64,000 bases of DNA from Candidatus Micrarchaeota archaeon. Lineage in GTDB: Archaea > Micrarchaeota > Micrarchaeia > Anstonellales > Anstonellaceae. Below the pieces are notes generated by a model. It saw only the letters and a program-made list of their open reading frames with translations. It was not told where the DNA came from and did no database searches. A program made the position numbers and the translations under genes. The DNA is taken from positions 25,439 to 89,438 of the forward strand of contig JAPLWX010000040.1 in the NCBI GenBank assembly GCA_026396415.1, read 5' to 3'. This document shows positions 9,599-19,207 of this stretch, in pieces (the stretch's first letter is position 1; every line of letters begins with the position of its first letter).

Positions 9599-11242
9599 AT
9601 GGCACCCACGTCGACAGAAAAGATTTTCTCCGAGTTCCGCGAGCACTCTGTGGCGGAGTTTTTCAAGAAGAACCAGCAGATGCTCGGCTTTTCCGGAAAG
9701 ACGCGCTCGCTCACCACCATTGTGCACGAATATGTCACAAACTCGCTGGACGCGTGCGAGGAAGGCGGCATTCTCCCGGAAGTGGATATCGAAATCGTGG
9801 AAATGGACAAGGAGCGCTACAAGGTCATTGCGGAGGACAACGGGCCTGGCATCCCGGAAAAGCACATCGGCAAGGCGCTCGGGCAGATGCTTGCAGGCAC
9901 CAAGTTCCACCGCTATGCGCAGCAGCGCGGGCAGCAGGGCATCGGCGCCTCGGGCTGCACAATGTACTCCCAGATAACAACGGGCAAGCCGGTGAAGGTA
10001 ATTTCGCGCTATGACACGCGCCGCATCACCTGCGAGGTGTCCATTGACCTCAAGTCAAACACGCCCCTTGTCCTGAACATGGTAAAAGACGAAGGCGAGT
10101 TCGGGCATGGCCTCACGGTGGAGGGCGAGTTTGCGGACGTGAAGTACGACAAAAGCTCGTTTGGCGTCTACGAATACGTGCGCAGGACAGCGCTTGCCAA
10201 CCCCCATCTCCAGATAACGCTCCATGACCCGGAGGGGCAAACACATTCATTCCCGCGCTCGTCAGACAGGATACCTGACAAGCCTTTGGTTGTGCAGCCG
10301 CACCCGATGGGAATTTCCACGAACGACCTGATTGACTTTGCCCACCGCGAACGCGAATGCCGCCGCATCTCCTCATTCCTCCAGGAGCGCTTCGCGCGCT
10401 TCTCCGCGGCAAAGGTGGACGAGATAAAGGCGCTCTGCCCGGATGTTGACTTTGACAAGAATCCCAAAGAGCTCCAATGGGTGGAGGCAGAGAAAATAGT
10501 GAAAGCCATCCAGAACCCGCAGGTGAGATGGATTGCGCCCGCCACCGACTCGGTAAAGCCTATCGGCAAGGAGCAGATTGAAAAGTCGCTCAAGAACATC
10601 CTGGCGCCCGAGTTCGTGGTGGTCTCGGAACGCGCGCCCAAAATCTACAAGGGCGGAATCCCGTTCATGGTGGAAGCCGCGCTCGCATACGGAGGCGGGG
10701 CAGGAAAGAAGGCAGGCGACATGTCCTCATCCGAAGTGATACGCTATGCCAACCGCGCGCCATTGCTGTTTGACAACTCAGGCTGCGCAATCACCGAGGC
10801 AGTGAAGGCTATCGACTGGAAGCGCTACAAGCTTCGGAACTTCGAAGAGGAGCCGCTTTCGGTTTTCGTGAACATTTCAAGCGTGTACGTGCCCTACACC
10901 TCGGCAGGCAAGCAGGCGATATCCAACGACGAGGAAATCATCCAGGAGATAAAGAACGCAATCATGGAGGCCGCGCGCGACCTGCAGGCGTACCTGTCAG
11001 GGATTCGGCGCGACCATGACAAGAAAGAGAGGCGAAAGGCAATACTGCGCTACGTCTCCCAGCTCTCGCATGACCTGCCCGACCTGGCAGGCAAGGGCAA
11101 GGCTGGCGACATCGAGAAAAAGCTCGTTGCGCTCATAGAGACCAAGTATTCCTCGCAGATAGAGTCGGAGGAGGGCGAGGAAGAGGCAAAGAGCGGGAAC
11201 GGCAAGAATGGCAAGGAAGATGAGGGCGAAGGCGAAGAGTAG
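9599..11242 (+). CDS. top6B: DNA topoisomerase VI subunit B
   Basis: GHKL motifs EYVTNSLDACEE, EDNGPGIP, QRGQQGIGASG; YANRAPLLFD; VPYTSAGKQAI. Confidence 0.97.
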   Translation: MAPTSTEKIFSEFREHSVAEFFKKNQQMLGFSGKTRSLTTIVHEYVTNSLDACEEGGILPEVDIEIVEMDKERYKVIAEDNGPGIPEKHIGKALGQMLAGTKFHRYAQQRGQQGIGASGCTMYSQITTGKPVKVISRYDTRRITCEVSIDLKSNTPLVLNMVKDEGEFGHGLTVEGEFADVKYDKSSFGVYEYVRRTALANPHLQITLHDPEGQTHSFPRSSDRIPDKPLVVQPHPMGISTNDLIDFAHRERECRRISSFLQERFARFSAAKVDEIKALCPDVDFDKNPKELQWVEAEKIVKAIQNPQVRWIAPATDSVKPIGKEQIEKSLKNILAPEFVVVSERAPKIYKGGIPFMVEAALAYGGGAGKKAGDMSSSEVIRYANRAPLLFDNSGCAITEAVKAIDWKRYKLRNFEEEPLSVFVNISSVYVPYTSAGKQAISNDEEIIQEIKNAIMEAARDLQAYLSGIRRDHDKKERRKAILRYVSQLSHDLPDLAGKGKAGDIEKKLVALIETKYSSQIESEEGEEEAKSGNGKNGKEDEGEGEE

Positions 11243-11284
11243 GCGGCGCGCGGCAAGAACGGCAAGGAAGAAGGGGAAGGGTAA
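11201..11284 (+). repeat. Duplicated top6B 3' tail
   Basis: GGCAAGAATGGCAAGGAAGA (11201) echoed as GGCAAGAACGGCAAGGAAGA (11252), in frame beyond the TAG and reading AARGKNGKEEGEG*. Confidence 0.65.
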
Positions 11285-11310
11285 AAATGCAATGTTCATT
11301 TGGTGTTTGC

Positions 11311-14100
11311 ATGGCAAAGGAAATCACAAAATCAAAAGCATCCGCGTCCGCATCCGACTCTGGCAAGGGCTCGGCATTCATTGCGAACAAGCTCGAGCGG
11401 CTGGGGCAGGACATGCTTGCGCAGATCGATGCCGAGACTTCCCCGACGTTCACAACTGCGCTGCGGAGCAAGGGGAACATCATCTATGACAACGGCGTGG
11501 GCTTCATCAGGCTTGGGGACAAAGTGGAGGAGCGCACCTTCATAAACGTGGGGCAGGCGCGCAAGTTCATGCAGACAGTGGCGATAGCCTCCAAATGCAA
11601 GAAATTCCTCAAGGAGGATGCGCACACCTCCATCAGAGGATTGTACTATCAGCTCAAGTTCTCGCTTGGCGACACGCTTGACGAGGAGCTTTTCTCGGAG
11701 CAGAGCGAGAGCAACCCGCTTGTGGAAGACTTGGAAGTGGCGCTCAATGTGAAGCGCGAGGACCTGAACCTCAACACTGACAGGAAAGGCGTGGTGGCAG
11801 GCCCCATGGTGCTCAAGGACAGGTTCGGCGGGGACGAAGTCGAGATAGACTGCACCAAGCAGGGAAGGTCTGGCTGGATGATTCCTTCCGATGTTGACAA
11901 TGGAATGGAATTCAAGTCCATTGACGCAGACTATGTCCTCGTAGTGGAAAAGGACGCCATGTGGCAGCGCCTCAACGAGGACAAGTTCTGGAGGAAGGAG
12001 AATTGCATACTCATCACGCCCAAGGGGCAGGCAAGCCGCGGCTGCAGGCGTCTCATCCGAAAACTCGCGAGCCGCAAGCTTCCCGTAATCGTCTTCAGCG
12101 TGGATGCTGACGAGCCCATCATGCTTGTGGATTCAGAAGGGATGATACGGAACGAAAGAATTGGCGAATACTGCAAGAGAACATTCGAAAAAAACGGATG
12201 CGAAAAAACACCCCACTACGAAAAGGGCGCCGCCTCGGGTGAAATGGCGCCGCAGGTGGATTCAAGCGGGGCGGCAACCACGGGCAGTGTGCTTCATGTG
12301 GTGCGCCACCCGATAGGCGAAAAGCTTTTCGAGGTGAAAAGCGCGTGCGGCTATTCCGTGAAAGTGACTCGCTCTCACAGCGTGATGGTATTTGACGAAG
12401 CCGCCTACGGGATTATGCCGAAAAAAGCCAGCGAGCTCCAAAAGGGCGACCTGCTTGTCGCGCCCCTTAAAGTGCCAAACAACGAAAGCCTAAGAGGGGG
12501 GATTGACCTTCTTGAGCTTGGGCAAAAGGCAAAGTGCGACTTCATTGGCAGCATAAAAACAGAGGGAATCTCCATCCGCTTCGGGAAATCAAAGCTCAGG
12601 CTTCCAAGGAAAATCAGGCTGACGCCGCAGTTTGCAAGGCTTCTCGGCTATTACGTGGCGGAAGGCTCGGGCGGCGCAGTGGCAACGTTCAGCTTCGGCA
12701 CTCACGAGCGGGAATACATACGGGATGTGGTGCGCGCAGCCAGGGAAATATTCGGATGCACGGCATCGCTGTCAAACCCCAGCCCCGGCGAAACACAGGT
12801 AAAATTCGGGGGGAAGCTCGCCGAAATAATATTCGCGGACATTCTTGGCTGCGGCACGGGCGCGGACAGGAAACAGGTGCCAGGCATAATCTTCAACATG
12901 CCAAACGACCTCAAGCTCGAATTCCTGCGCGGCTACTTCCGCGGCGACGGGAACGTGCACGCCACTGCAAAGGGCTGCAGGCTGTGGGCGAACACGGTAA
13001 GCAGGAAGCTCGCCTCCGACCTTGTGCTCCTTCTCCTCCAGCTTGGCTGCTTTGCGACCATTGAACAAAAAAAGCCCGCAAAGCAGGGGCATCTCAAGCA
13101 ATACCACGTGCTCATCTACAATCTCGAATCGCTCAAAAAGCTGCAAAGCATTGCAAAGGACCTTGAGCCATCGATTTCCAGCCACTTGGGCAAGAAAATG
13201 CTCAAGTCGCCCATCTTCAAGTCAATCCCAACGCGCCTCCTCAAGCCATTCCAGAAAATGATTTACTCCCTGGGCGGCAAGGGCATATCCGATACTTTCA
13301 ATCAGGACACAATCTCGCTTGACAAGCTGAATGTCATCCTGTCGCGCCTGCAGGCGCAGCCAGTTGTGAAAAGGGATGCCGTGCTCAAGGCGCTTGGCAG
13401 CAATCCCGGCTCGACTACAAAGGAGCTCTGCCGGCTCACCGGGCTGAAATTCATCACGGTCTTCAAATCGCTTTCGCGCGCGCAGAAGCGCGGGGAAGTG
13501 TCAAGCAGGCTTGTGCGCAGCGACCGCGCATGGAAGATGGCGGCTGCAGGCATCAATACGGGCGGCGCATCCGAAAAGCTCGAAACGCTGCGGCGGCTTG
13601 CGCAGAACGGAATAGCGCTCATTCCCGTAAAGGAAGTGGCAGAGGCAAAGGCAAGCGACGGATTTGTCTATGATATAGAGGTGAACCCCACCCACACGTT
13701 TGTCGGCGGCGTGGGCCCCCTCCTTCTGCACAACACGGACTGCGACGCCTGGGGCTGGTACATCTACTGGGCGATAAAGACGGGCAGCATGAACCTTGCC
13801 TACCTTGGCAACGACATCGCCACGCCCGAGGCGCGCTTCGTGGGCGTGACCATGCGCGACATCAAGGACTATGATTTCCTGGAGCAGCTCACCATAAACG
13901 CAAAGGAAGTTGACATCAAGCGCGCGGAGGAGATGCTTTCCTACGAATGGATTTCCTGCCACAAGGACTGGGTGGAGGAGCTCAAAACAGTGCTCAAGAC
14001 AAAGAAGAAGATAGAGCAGGACGCCTTGCAGGGCCCGCGCCTTTCTTTCGTGGGAGACTACCTGCGCGAAAAGATAGAGAAGAAGAAGTTCCTGGCGTAA
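11311..14100 (+). CDS. top6A: DNA topoisomerase VI subunit A (Spo11 family), intein-containing
   Basis: SIRGLYYQLK catalytic Tyr region, QSESNPLVEDLE, TOPRIM VLVVEKDA, ITPKGQ, TDCDAWGWYI, KKKIEQDAL; extein 383 aa after removing the intein. Confidence 0.95.
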   Translation: MAKEITKSKASASASDSGKGSAFIANKLERLGQDMLAQIDAETSPTFTTALRSKGNIIYDNGVGFIRLGDKVEERTFINVGQARKFMQTVAIASKCKKFLKEDAHTSIRGLYYQLKFSLGDTLDEELFSEQSESNPLVEDLEVALNVKREDLNLNTDRKGVVAGPMVLKDRFGGDEVEIDCTKQGRSGWMIPSDVDNGMEFKSIDADYVLVVEKDAMWQRLNEDKFWRKENCILITPKGQASRGCRRLIRKLASRKLPVIVFSVDADEPIMLVDSEGMIRNERIGEYCKRTFEKNGCEKTPHYEKGAASGEMAPQVDSSGAATTGSVLHVVRHPIGEKLFEVKSACGYSVKVTRSHSVMVFDEAAYGIMPKKASELQKGDLLVAPLKVPNNESLRGGIDLLELGQKAKCDFIGSIKTEGISIRFGKSKLRLPRKIRLTPQFARLLGYYVAEGSGGAVATFSFGTHEREYIRDVVRAAREIFGCTASLSNPSPGETQVKFGGKLAEIIFADILGCGTGADRKQVPGIIFNMPNDLKLEFLRGYFRGDGNVHATAKGCRLWANTVSRKLASDLVLLLLQLGCFATIEQKKPAKQGHLKQYHVLIYNLESLKKLQSIAKDLEPSISSHLGKKMLKSPIFKSIPTRLLKPFQKMIYSLGGKGISDTFNQDTISLDKLNVILSRLQAQPVVKRDAVLKALGSNPGSTTKELCRLTGLKFITVFKSLSRAQKRGEVSSRLVRSDRAWKMAAAGINTGGASEKLETLRRLAQNGIALIPVKEVAEAKASDGFVYDIEVNPTHTFVGGVGPLLLHNTDCDAWGWYIYWAIKTGSMNLAYLGNDIATPEARFVGVTMRDIKDYDFLEQLTINAKEVDIKRAEEMLSYEWISCHKDWVEELKTVLKTKKKIEQDALQGPRLSFVGDYLREKIEKKKFLA
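12097..13734 (+). mobile_element. 546-aa intein with LAGLIDADG homing endonuclease
   Basis: Block A SVDADEPIML, block B VKVTRSHSVM, LAGLIDADG-like LLGYYVAEG and FLRGYFRGDG, block F VYDIEVNPTHTFV, block G LLHN followed by +1 Thr; excision restores VIVF-TDCD. Confidence 0.93.
14020..14100 (+). repeat. Direct repeat copy 1 (top6A 3' end)
   Basis: 81 bp matching 15260-15340; 14029-14093 identical to 15269-15333. Confidence 0.95.
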
Positions 14101-14215
14101 ATCGCAGAAAAGCACGATTCAGTTGCGAAATAGAAACCACTCTAAATTTTTTCTGACAACTGGTATCTGCTGCTATGAGGATTAAATACACTTTTTTTAT
14201 TTTTTAATAACACTA

Positions 14216-14223
14216 TTTATAAA
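14216..14223 (+). promoter_or_regulatory. Putative TATA box for orphan gene 14259
   Basis: TTTATAAA in an AT-rich tract ~36 bp upstream of ATG14259, with a GGGGTG RBS in between. Confidence 0.55.
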
Positions 14224-14258
14224 CCTTTTGAACAAGAAACTGATGCAGGGGTGTAAAT

Positions 14259-15236
14259 ATGACGATTTCCACAATCAGGTCCACCTTGGTGGATTTTCCA
14301 AAGAACAATGCCGACGCCGCGATGAGATTCGGGCCAACAAATCAGGTTTCCCGCCTTCCGCTCCTGCGCGAGGTGATCACTGAATTAACTTATGGCGATA
14401 ATAGAAAAGAACTCCTCAAAAAAATACAAATCCGCCCGATTCCCACTTCGATGGTTGCAATCTCCTCCAACCTGCCGTTTTCCCGGCTCCTTGAAAGCAA
14501 GTATGTAATACGTAAGGACGGCGAGGTATTTGTGAAATCCGATGAGCACTCGGATGAAATGAACAGGGACATCCAGCCTCCCCAGCTTGTCCAAATAGAC
14601 AAGAGGCTCATTGTTCCCGAAAATATGGATAAGCGCTCGATCATTATCGCCGAAAACAATTGGGTGGCAAATGAGCAGGGGGGCAAATGCATATTCTCCA
14701 TGCTCCCGGGCAATGACCAGCGGTTTGTCGATCATCCGAAATCATCGAATGGCGGCGACCAGTTTGAGCTGAAGAGCATCATTCCCTATCTCTTCAACGA
14801 GGCAGAGTTGAAAAACGAGAAATTGGTCGCGGAGTTCCTCCGCAACTACAACACGGAGCCAGTCTTCTCCCTGCCAAACTCCCGTTCGATCAAGGCACAG
14901 ATATGTGCCCTGTTTGCAGGAGATGACCTTGGTGCGCTTGCACAGCATGCTCTTACCTTTCTGATGGTCATCGGCAAGATGAAGGCGCCATCCACAACAA
15001 AGCTCTCTGCCGGCGGCATTGACTATTCCGTCTCAAAGGCAAGGGACGGCTCAGTGGCGGTTTCCCGCCAGTTCTTCGCCTATATGCGTTTTGAGTACAC
15101 AAATGTCCCGGATGTTGGCTTGGCAATGACTGGGGATGGGTGCAGGGGGGAATCGATGCAAAAAGTCACAGTTCTCCCAGAAGTAGGGCACCCTGTACCT
15201 TATGGCTATGTGCTTTTAATGGAAGAGCGCCCCTAG
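14259..15236 (+). CDS. Hypothetical protein (cargo between direct repeats)
   Basis: 325-aa ORF with own TATA and RBS, more AT-rich than flanks; no recognised motif. Confidence 0.75.
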   Translation: MTISTIRSTLVDFPKNNADAAMRFGPTNQVSRLPLLREVITELTYGDNRKELLKKIQIRPIPTSMVAISSNLPFSRLLESKYVIRKDGEVFVKSDEHSDEMNRDIQPPQLVQIDKRLIVPENMDKRSIIIAENNWVANEQGGKCIFSMLPGNDQRFVDHPKSSNGGDQFELKSIIPYLFNEAELKNEKLVAEFLRNYNTEPVFSLPNSRSIKAQICALFAGDDLGALAQHALTFLMVIGKMKAPSTTKLSAGGIDYSVSKARDGSVAVSRQFFAYMRFEYTNVPDVGLAMTGDGCRGESMQKVTVLPEVGHPVPYGYVLLMEERP

Positions 15237-15259
15237 CTCAAAGGAAGGCATAATGTCGT

Positions 15260-15340
15260 GACGCGCTTCAGGGCCCGCGCCTTTCTTTCGTGGGAGACTA
15301 CCTGCGCGAAAAGATAGAGAAGAAGAAGTTCCTCGCTTAA
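15260..15340 (+). repeat. Direct repeat copy 2 (orphaned top6A 3' end)
   Basis: Encodes the same DALQGPRLSFVGDYLREKIEKKKFLA* as copy 1, with differences only at synonymous positions. Confidence 0.95.
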
Positions 15341-15400
15341 ACATCACAATCCGCAGCGCCCGCCCGCAACCATTATTAAAACCAGCTTCGCATCAGGCTC

Positions 15401-17533
15401 ATGCAAAAGCCAGCGTGCGTACTTGCCCTCTTCCTTCTCCTCACATTATCTTTCGCGTCAAGCGAGGCGCCGCAGCTTGCCTCCGCCCTCTCGGCAGTGG
15501 TGGATGCGCAGGGCACGGTGACCGCCATAGGCGGCGAAATCCGCAGCCTGAACATGAACATCCTGGTCCCGTCCTCCGCGTCGTACCAGATAGTGGAGGC
15601 TGGCGAGCAGATACAGTTCGATTCGGACGGCAACGGCTTCCTGTCCATATCCGCCACCGACCCGCCCAACCCGTTCAACTACTCCAAGCGCATCACGGTG
15701 CAGTCCATCGCCCGCACCACCCAATCGCTCCCAGAAAGCTACAGCATGCCCTCCGAGTACCGCTCGTTCCTCGTCCCGTCCAACCACACGCAGTCCAACG
15801 ACTTGGGCATACGCGCGCTTGCCGAGAACATAACGCAGGGCGCAAAAACGCCGTTCGAGAAGGTCGCCCTCCTTGCAATCTACGTCAACAGGAACATGGC
15901 ATATGACGACTCGCGGGTGGGGCAGGAACTGGACGCGATAACCGTGTCAAAAAACATGGTGGGCGTATGCACGGAATACTCCACCATTTTCACCGCGCTT
16001 GCGCGCTCGATAGGGATACCCGTGCGATACGTGTCAGGATATGTCTACAGCGACAGGTTCCAGTCCTGGATGGGGCACGCCTGGGCCGAGGCATACGTCG
16101 GCAAGTGGGTGCCTGTGGATCCCACCTGGTTCGAGGTTGGCGCGCTGGACGCCATGCACATCGAGGAATCCCACGCGGCGGAATTCTCCAAAAGGGACTC
16201 CCTTTCGGCCACGGTTTCCCAAAAAGGGGTGACAGTGGACTGGAACACGGACAAAAAGGGCGGCGCAATAGCCGGAAACATACAAACGCAGGGAGTGACC
16301 TATAGCGACCCATCCGCAAACTTCACGTTTGACGCATCCGCGAAAAGGCTTCCTTTCGGAGGAAGCGCCATCGCCTTCCTTTCCATGGCCGGCACGGACT
16401 ATCGCGTAATCCCAGTCTCCCTGACATCTTGCGCAGGCACGCCAAGCGTGGCGCTTGACCAGGATGAGAAATACCTCGTCCTCGAGCCGGGCAAGACCTC
16501 CACCCTTGTCTGGGAAATAAGCGCGCTCTCCTCCATGCCAAAAGGCTTCATCTACTCCTGCCCCATCGCATTGGTATCCCCCTACCTTGAGCAGCGCACC
16601 TTCACCATTTCCGTGGACCCCACGGCAAAGAAAGTCCCAATGTTCGATTCCAGCCTGCGCGCCTCAAATACGCTTATAGGCGAGAATAACGCGGCGCTCC
16701 TCCAGATTCCAAATGAGAGGCGCGACAGCACGTTCGTGGCGCTGCTTCCGGACGGGCTTTACGCCGTGCGCGCTGACCGCCCCAGCATGGCTATCCCATT
16801 CAGCACCAATCTCTCAGGCCGGGTGCCTGTGTTTGTCGCAGGAGGGGGCGATGGCTATTCCCACCTTGCCTTCAATTCAGGCTCTGTTTCCTCAAACGTC
16901 TCAATAGACTCATTCTCCCTGCCTGACCTGCTGGTATCCGGCAAGGAGGCGGTTGCGAACGCCAGCGTCTCCTCCTCGCAATACCCTGCCGACATCACGC
17001 TTGGCTTCACATTCGGCGACCACTATGAGCAGAGCGTGGGCAGGATAACCGGGCCTGCAAGCTTTGAATTCCCGTTCACCCCCGATTCGCCTGGCGCCTA
17101 TTCAGCCAGCCTCACCGCCTCCTCTTCAGGCTCAAAGGATGAAGAGCACCGCGCATCCACCGTGCTCCTGCAGCCGGTGCTCGCCATTGACAAGGTGAAA
17201 AGCTTCTATGTGAACAAAACGCTTTACACCCAAATATCATTCATCAAAATCGGCTCGCCCGAGTCCCTCCGGGCGTCTGTCGCGGGGCTGGCATACGATG
17301 CAAGCTCGCCGCTCACAATCGCACTGCCCCTGGGCAGGCAAGCATTCCACATGTCCTGGGCGGATGATGCGGGCAACCAGTATTCATCCACCGAGGAGCT
17401 GTCAATCTCGCAGCCCAGCATGATGGATGCCGCGGTGGCGCCTGCCAAGGACTGCCCGCTCACATCCTCCCTCCTCTTCACGGTCCTGATATTCTCGGCC
17501 TCGGCTGCAGGCGCAGGCAAGCCCAAGGTGTGA
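15401..17533 (+). CDS. Secreted/membrane-anchored transglutaminase-like domain protein
   Basis: Signal peptide; GVCTEYSTIFTALARSIGIPVRYVSG, HAWAEAY, WVPVDPTW (Cys-His-Asp triad); beta-rich C-half; hydrophobic C-terminal segment. Confidence 0.88.
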   Translation: MQKPACVLALFLLLTLSFASSEAPQLASALSAVVDAQGTVTAIGGEIRSLNMNILVPSSASYQIVEAGEQIQFDSDGNGFLSISATDPPNPFNYSKRITVQSIARTTQSLPESYSMPSEYRSFLVPSNHTQSNDLGIRALAENITQGAKTPFEKVALLAIYVNRNMAYDDSRVGQELDAITVSKNMVGVCTEYSTIFTALARSIGIPVRYVSGYVYSDRFQSWMGHAWAEAYVGKWVPVDPTWFEVGALDAMHIEESHAAEFSKRDSLSATVSQKGVTVDWNTDKKGGAIAGNIQTQGVTYSDPSANFTFDASAKRLPFGGSAIAFLSMAGTDYRVIPVSLTSCAGTPSVALDQDEKYLVLEPGKTSTLVWEISALSSMPKGFIYSCPIALVSPYLEQRTFTISVDPTAKKVPMFDSSLRASNTLIGENNAALLQIPNERRDSTFVALLPDGLYAVRADRPSMAIPFSTNLSGRVPVFVAGGGDGYSHLAFNSGSVSSNVSIDSFSLPDLLVSGKEAVANASVSSSQYPADITLGFTFGDHYEQSVGRITGPASFEFPFTPDSPGAYSASLTASSSGSKDEEHRASTVLLQPVLAIDKVKSFYVNKTLYTQISFIKIGSPESLRASVAGLAYDASSPLTIALPLGRQAFHMSWADDAGNQYSSTEELSISQPSMMDAAVAPAKDCPLTSSLLFTVLIFSASAAGAGKPKV

Positions 17534-17535
17534 CA

Positions 17536-18315
17536 ATGGAAATCGTTTTTCTAGGGACAGGGGGAGGCAGGTTCAACCTCATCAGCCAAATCCGCCGGAC
17601 AGGGGGCTTTCTCATCCGCGGAAGCCTCAACATCCATGCCGACCCAGGCCCCGGCGCGCTTGTTGCGTGCCATGATTTCTCCATCCACCCGGAAAAGACC
17701 GGCGCGGTGGTGGTGACGCACAACCACATCGACCACCTCAACGATGCAGCGCTCATGTGCGAGGCGATAAACTGCTTCCCGGACCGGAAGCGCGGCATCC
17801 TCGTGGCATCGAAAAGCATCCTCGCCGGGGACGAGTACGGGGAGAGGGGCATTTCCCCCTACTTCACCAAAAAGCTTTCGCGCACCGAGATTGCGCGGCA
17901 GGGAAAGCCCATAAAAATCGGCGGCGCCACCCTCACTCCGACGCCCGTGCGGCACGAGGACATGACGGGCTTTGGCTTTGTGCTTGACATGGATGGGGCA
18001 AGGATAGGCTACACATCCGACACGGAATATTTCCCCTCGCTTGCCCCGCACTTCCTGCACTGTGACATCCTGATTGCAAACAACCTCAAATCAGGGGCGG
18101 ACGGCGTGCCGGGCCACCTTTACAGCGCAACGACTGTGAAATTGCTCACCGCGTGCCATCCCCGCCTCTGCGTGCTTTCCCATATGGGGCAGTCCCTCCT
18201 CAAGTCAGGCCCTGGGAAAGAAGCAAGGAAAATACAAAAGGCATCAGGCGTGCGCACCGTCGCGGCAACCGACGGCATGCGGGTGGATGTGCGCACCCTG
18301 AGGGTGAAGAAATGA
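17536..18315 (+). CDS. MBL-fold metallo-hydrolase
   Basis: FLGTGGGRF, DPGPGAL, THNHIDH, YTSDT, GHL, LSHMG. Confidence 0.9.
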   Translation: MEIVFLGTGGGRFNLISQIRRTGGFLIRGSLNIHADPGPGALVACHDFSIHPEKTGAVVVTHNHIDHLNDAALMCEAINCFPDRKRGILVASKSILAGDEYGERGISPYFTKKLSRTEIARQGKPIKIGGATLTPTPVRHEDMTGFGFVLDMDGARIGYTSDTEYFPSLAPHFLHCDILIANNLKSGADGVPGHLYSATTVKLLTACHPRLCVLSHMGQSLLKSGPGKEARKIQKASGVRTVAATDGMRVDVRTLRVKK

Positions 18316-19136
18316 AAAACCCCAAACGAAAGATGAGGATTTTTTTCCTTGGCACGAACGGCTGGTTTGCCACGCGCACTGGCAGCACGGTCTGCGCGGC
18401 GATAGCGTTCCAGGACAGGCTTATCGTGCTTGACGCAGGCGACGGCTTCCAGCACATTCCCGCGCTTCTCTTGCGACTTCGCCTCAAGCGCGCGGACGTT
18501 TTCCTCTCGCACCTTCACATTGACCATGTGGCAGGGCTCCACCTCCTTCCCCTCCTCCCGCGCGGCACGCGCGTGAGGATATTCGCGCACAAAAGCTGCA
18601 TTCCCGCGCTGAAACAATTCGTGGCGCACCCATACACTGCCCCGCCTTCGGAGCAGTGGGCAAAAGTTACATTGCACCCCCTCTCCACAGGCAAAAACAA
18701 GGTGCCCATTGCTGCAAGCGGCAAGCCCTCCCGCCCAAGTGCCAGGCATCAGGCATACTCTGTGCTGGCCCTTCCCCTCCACCACGCAGACCCATGCTTC
18801 GGCTACCGTTTTTCCCTCGAAGGAAAGGAAATCGCCTACTGCACCGACACAGGCCCCTGCAGGAACTACACAAGGCTTGCAGCAGGCGCGGACTTGCTGA
18901 TAACCGAATGCTCGCTGCTGCCAGGCGCCCTCCCAACGCCGAGCTGGCCGCACCTCTCGCCCCAAACTGCTGCGAACGAGGCGAAAAAGGCAGGCGCAGC
19001 GCGCCTCATCCTCACCCACTTCGATGCAAACAAGTATTCCTCTCTTGCGCTGCGCTATCGCGCGCAGAAAGCAGCGCGCAAAATTTTCCCGCGCACAAGC
19101 GCGGCAAGGGACGGGATGGAAATTGAAATGCAATAA
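18312..19136 (+). CDS. Ribonuclease Z-like MBL hydrolase
   Basis: FLGTNG, LDAGDG, SHLHIDHVAG, YCTDT, LITEC, PHLSP, LILTHF, ARDGMEIE; ATGA overlap with the upstream gene (ATG18333 alternative). Confidence 0.8.
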   Translation: MKNPKRKMRIFFLGTNGWFATRTGSTVCAAIAFQDRLIVLDAGDGFQHIPALLLRLRLKRADVFLSHLHIDHVAGLHLLPLLPRGTRVRIFAHKSCIPALKQFVAHPYTAPPSEQWAKVTLHPLSTGKNKVPIAASGKPSRPSARHQAYSVLALPLHHADPCFGYRFSLEGKEIAYCTDTGPCRNYTRLAAGADLLITECSLLPGALPTPSWPHLSPQTAANEAKKAGAARLILTHFDANKYSSLALRYRAQKAARKIFPRTSAARDGMEIEMQ

Positions 19137-19207
19137 AAACGCCTGCAGCAAGACAGGTGGCAAAAACCTGCCGATGCTGCCGGGCAGAATAGGGATTTAA
19201 ACCTAGG

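Noticed and set aside
14101..15340. IS element or provirus at top6A
   Set aside because: No transposase or integrase motifs and no terminal inverted repeats; reported only as a repeat-bounded cassette.
19141..19185. Imperfect hairpin after the RNase Z-like gene
   Set aside because: Short interrupted stems that are plausible by chance at this GC content.
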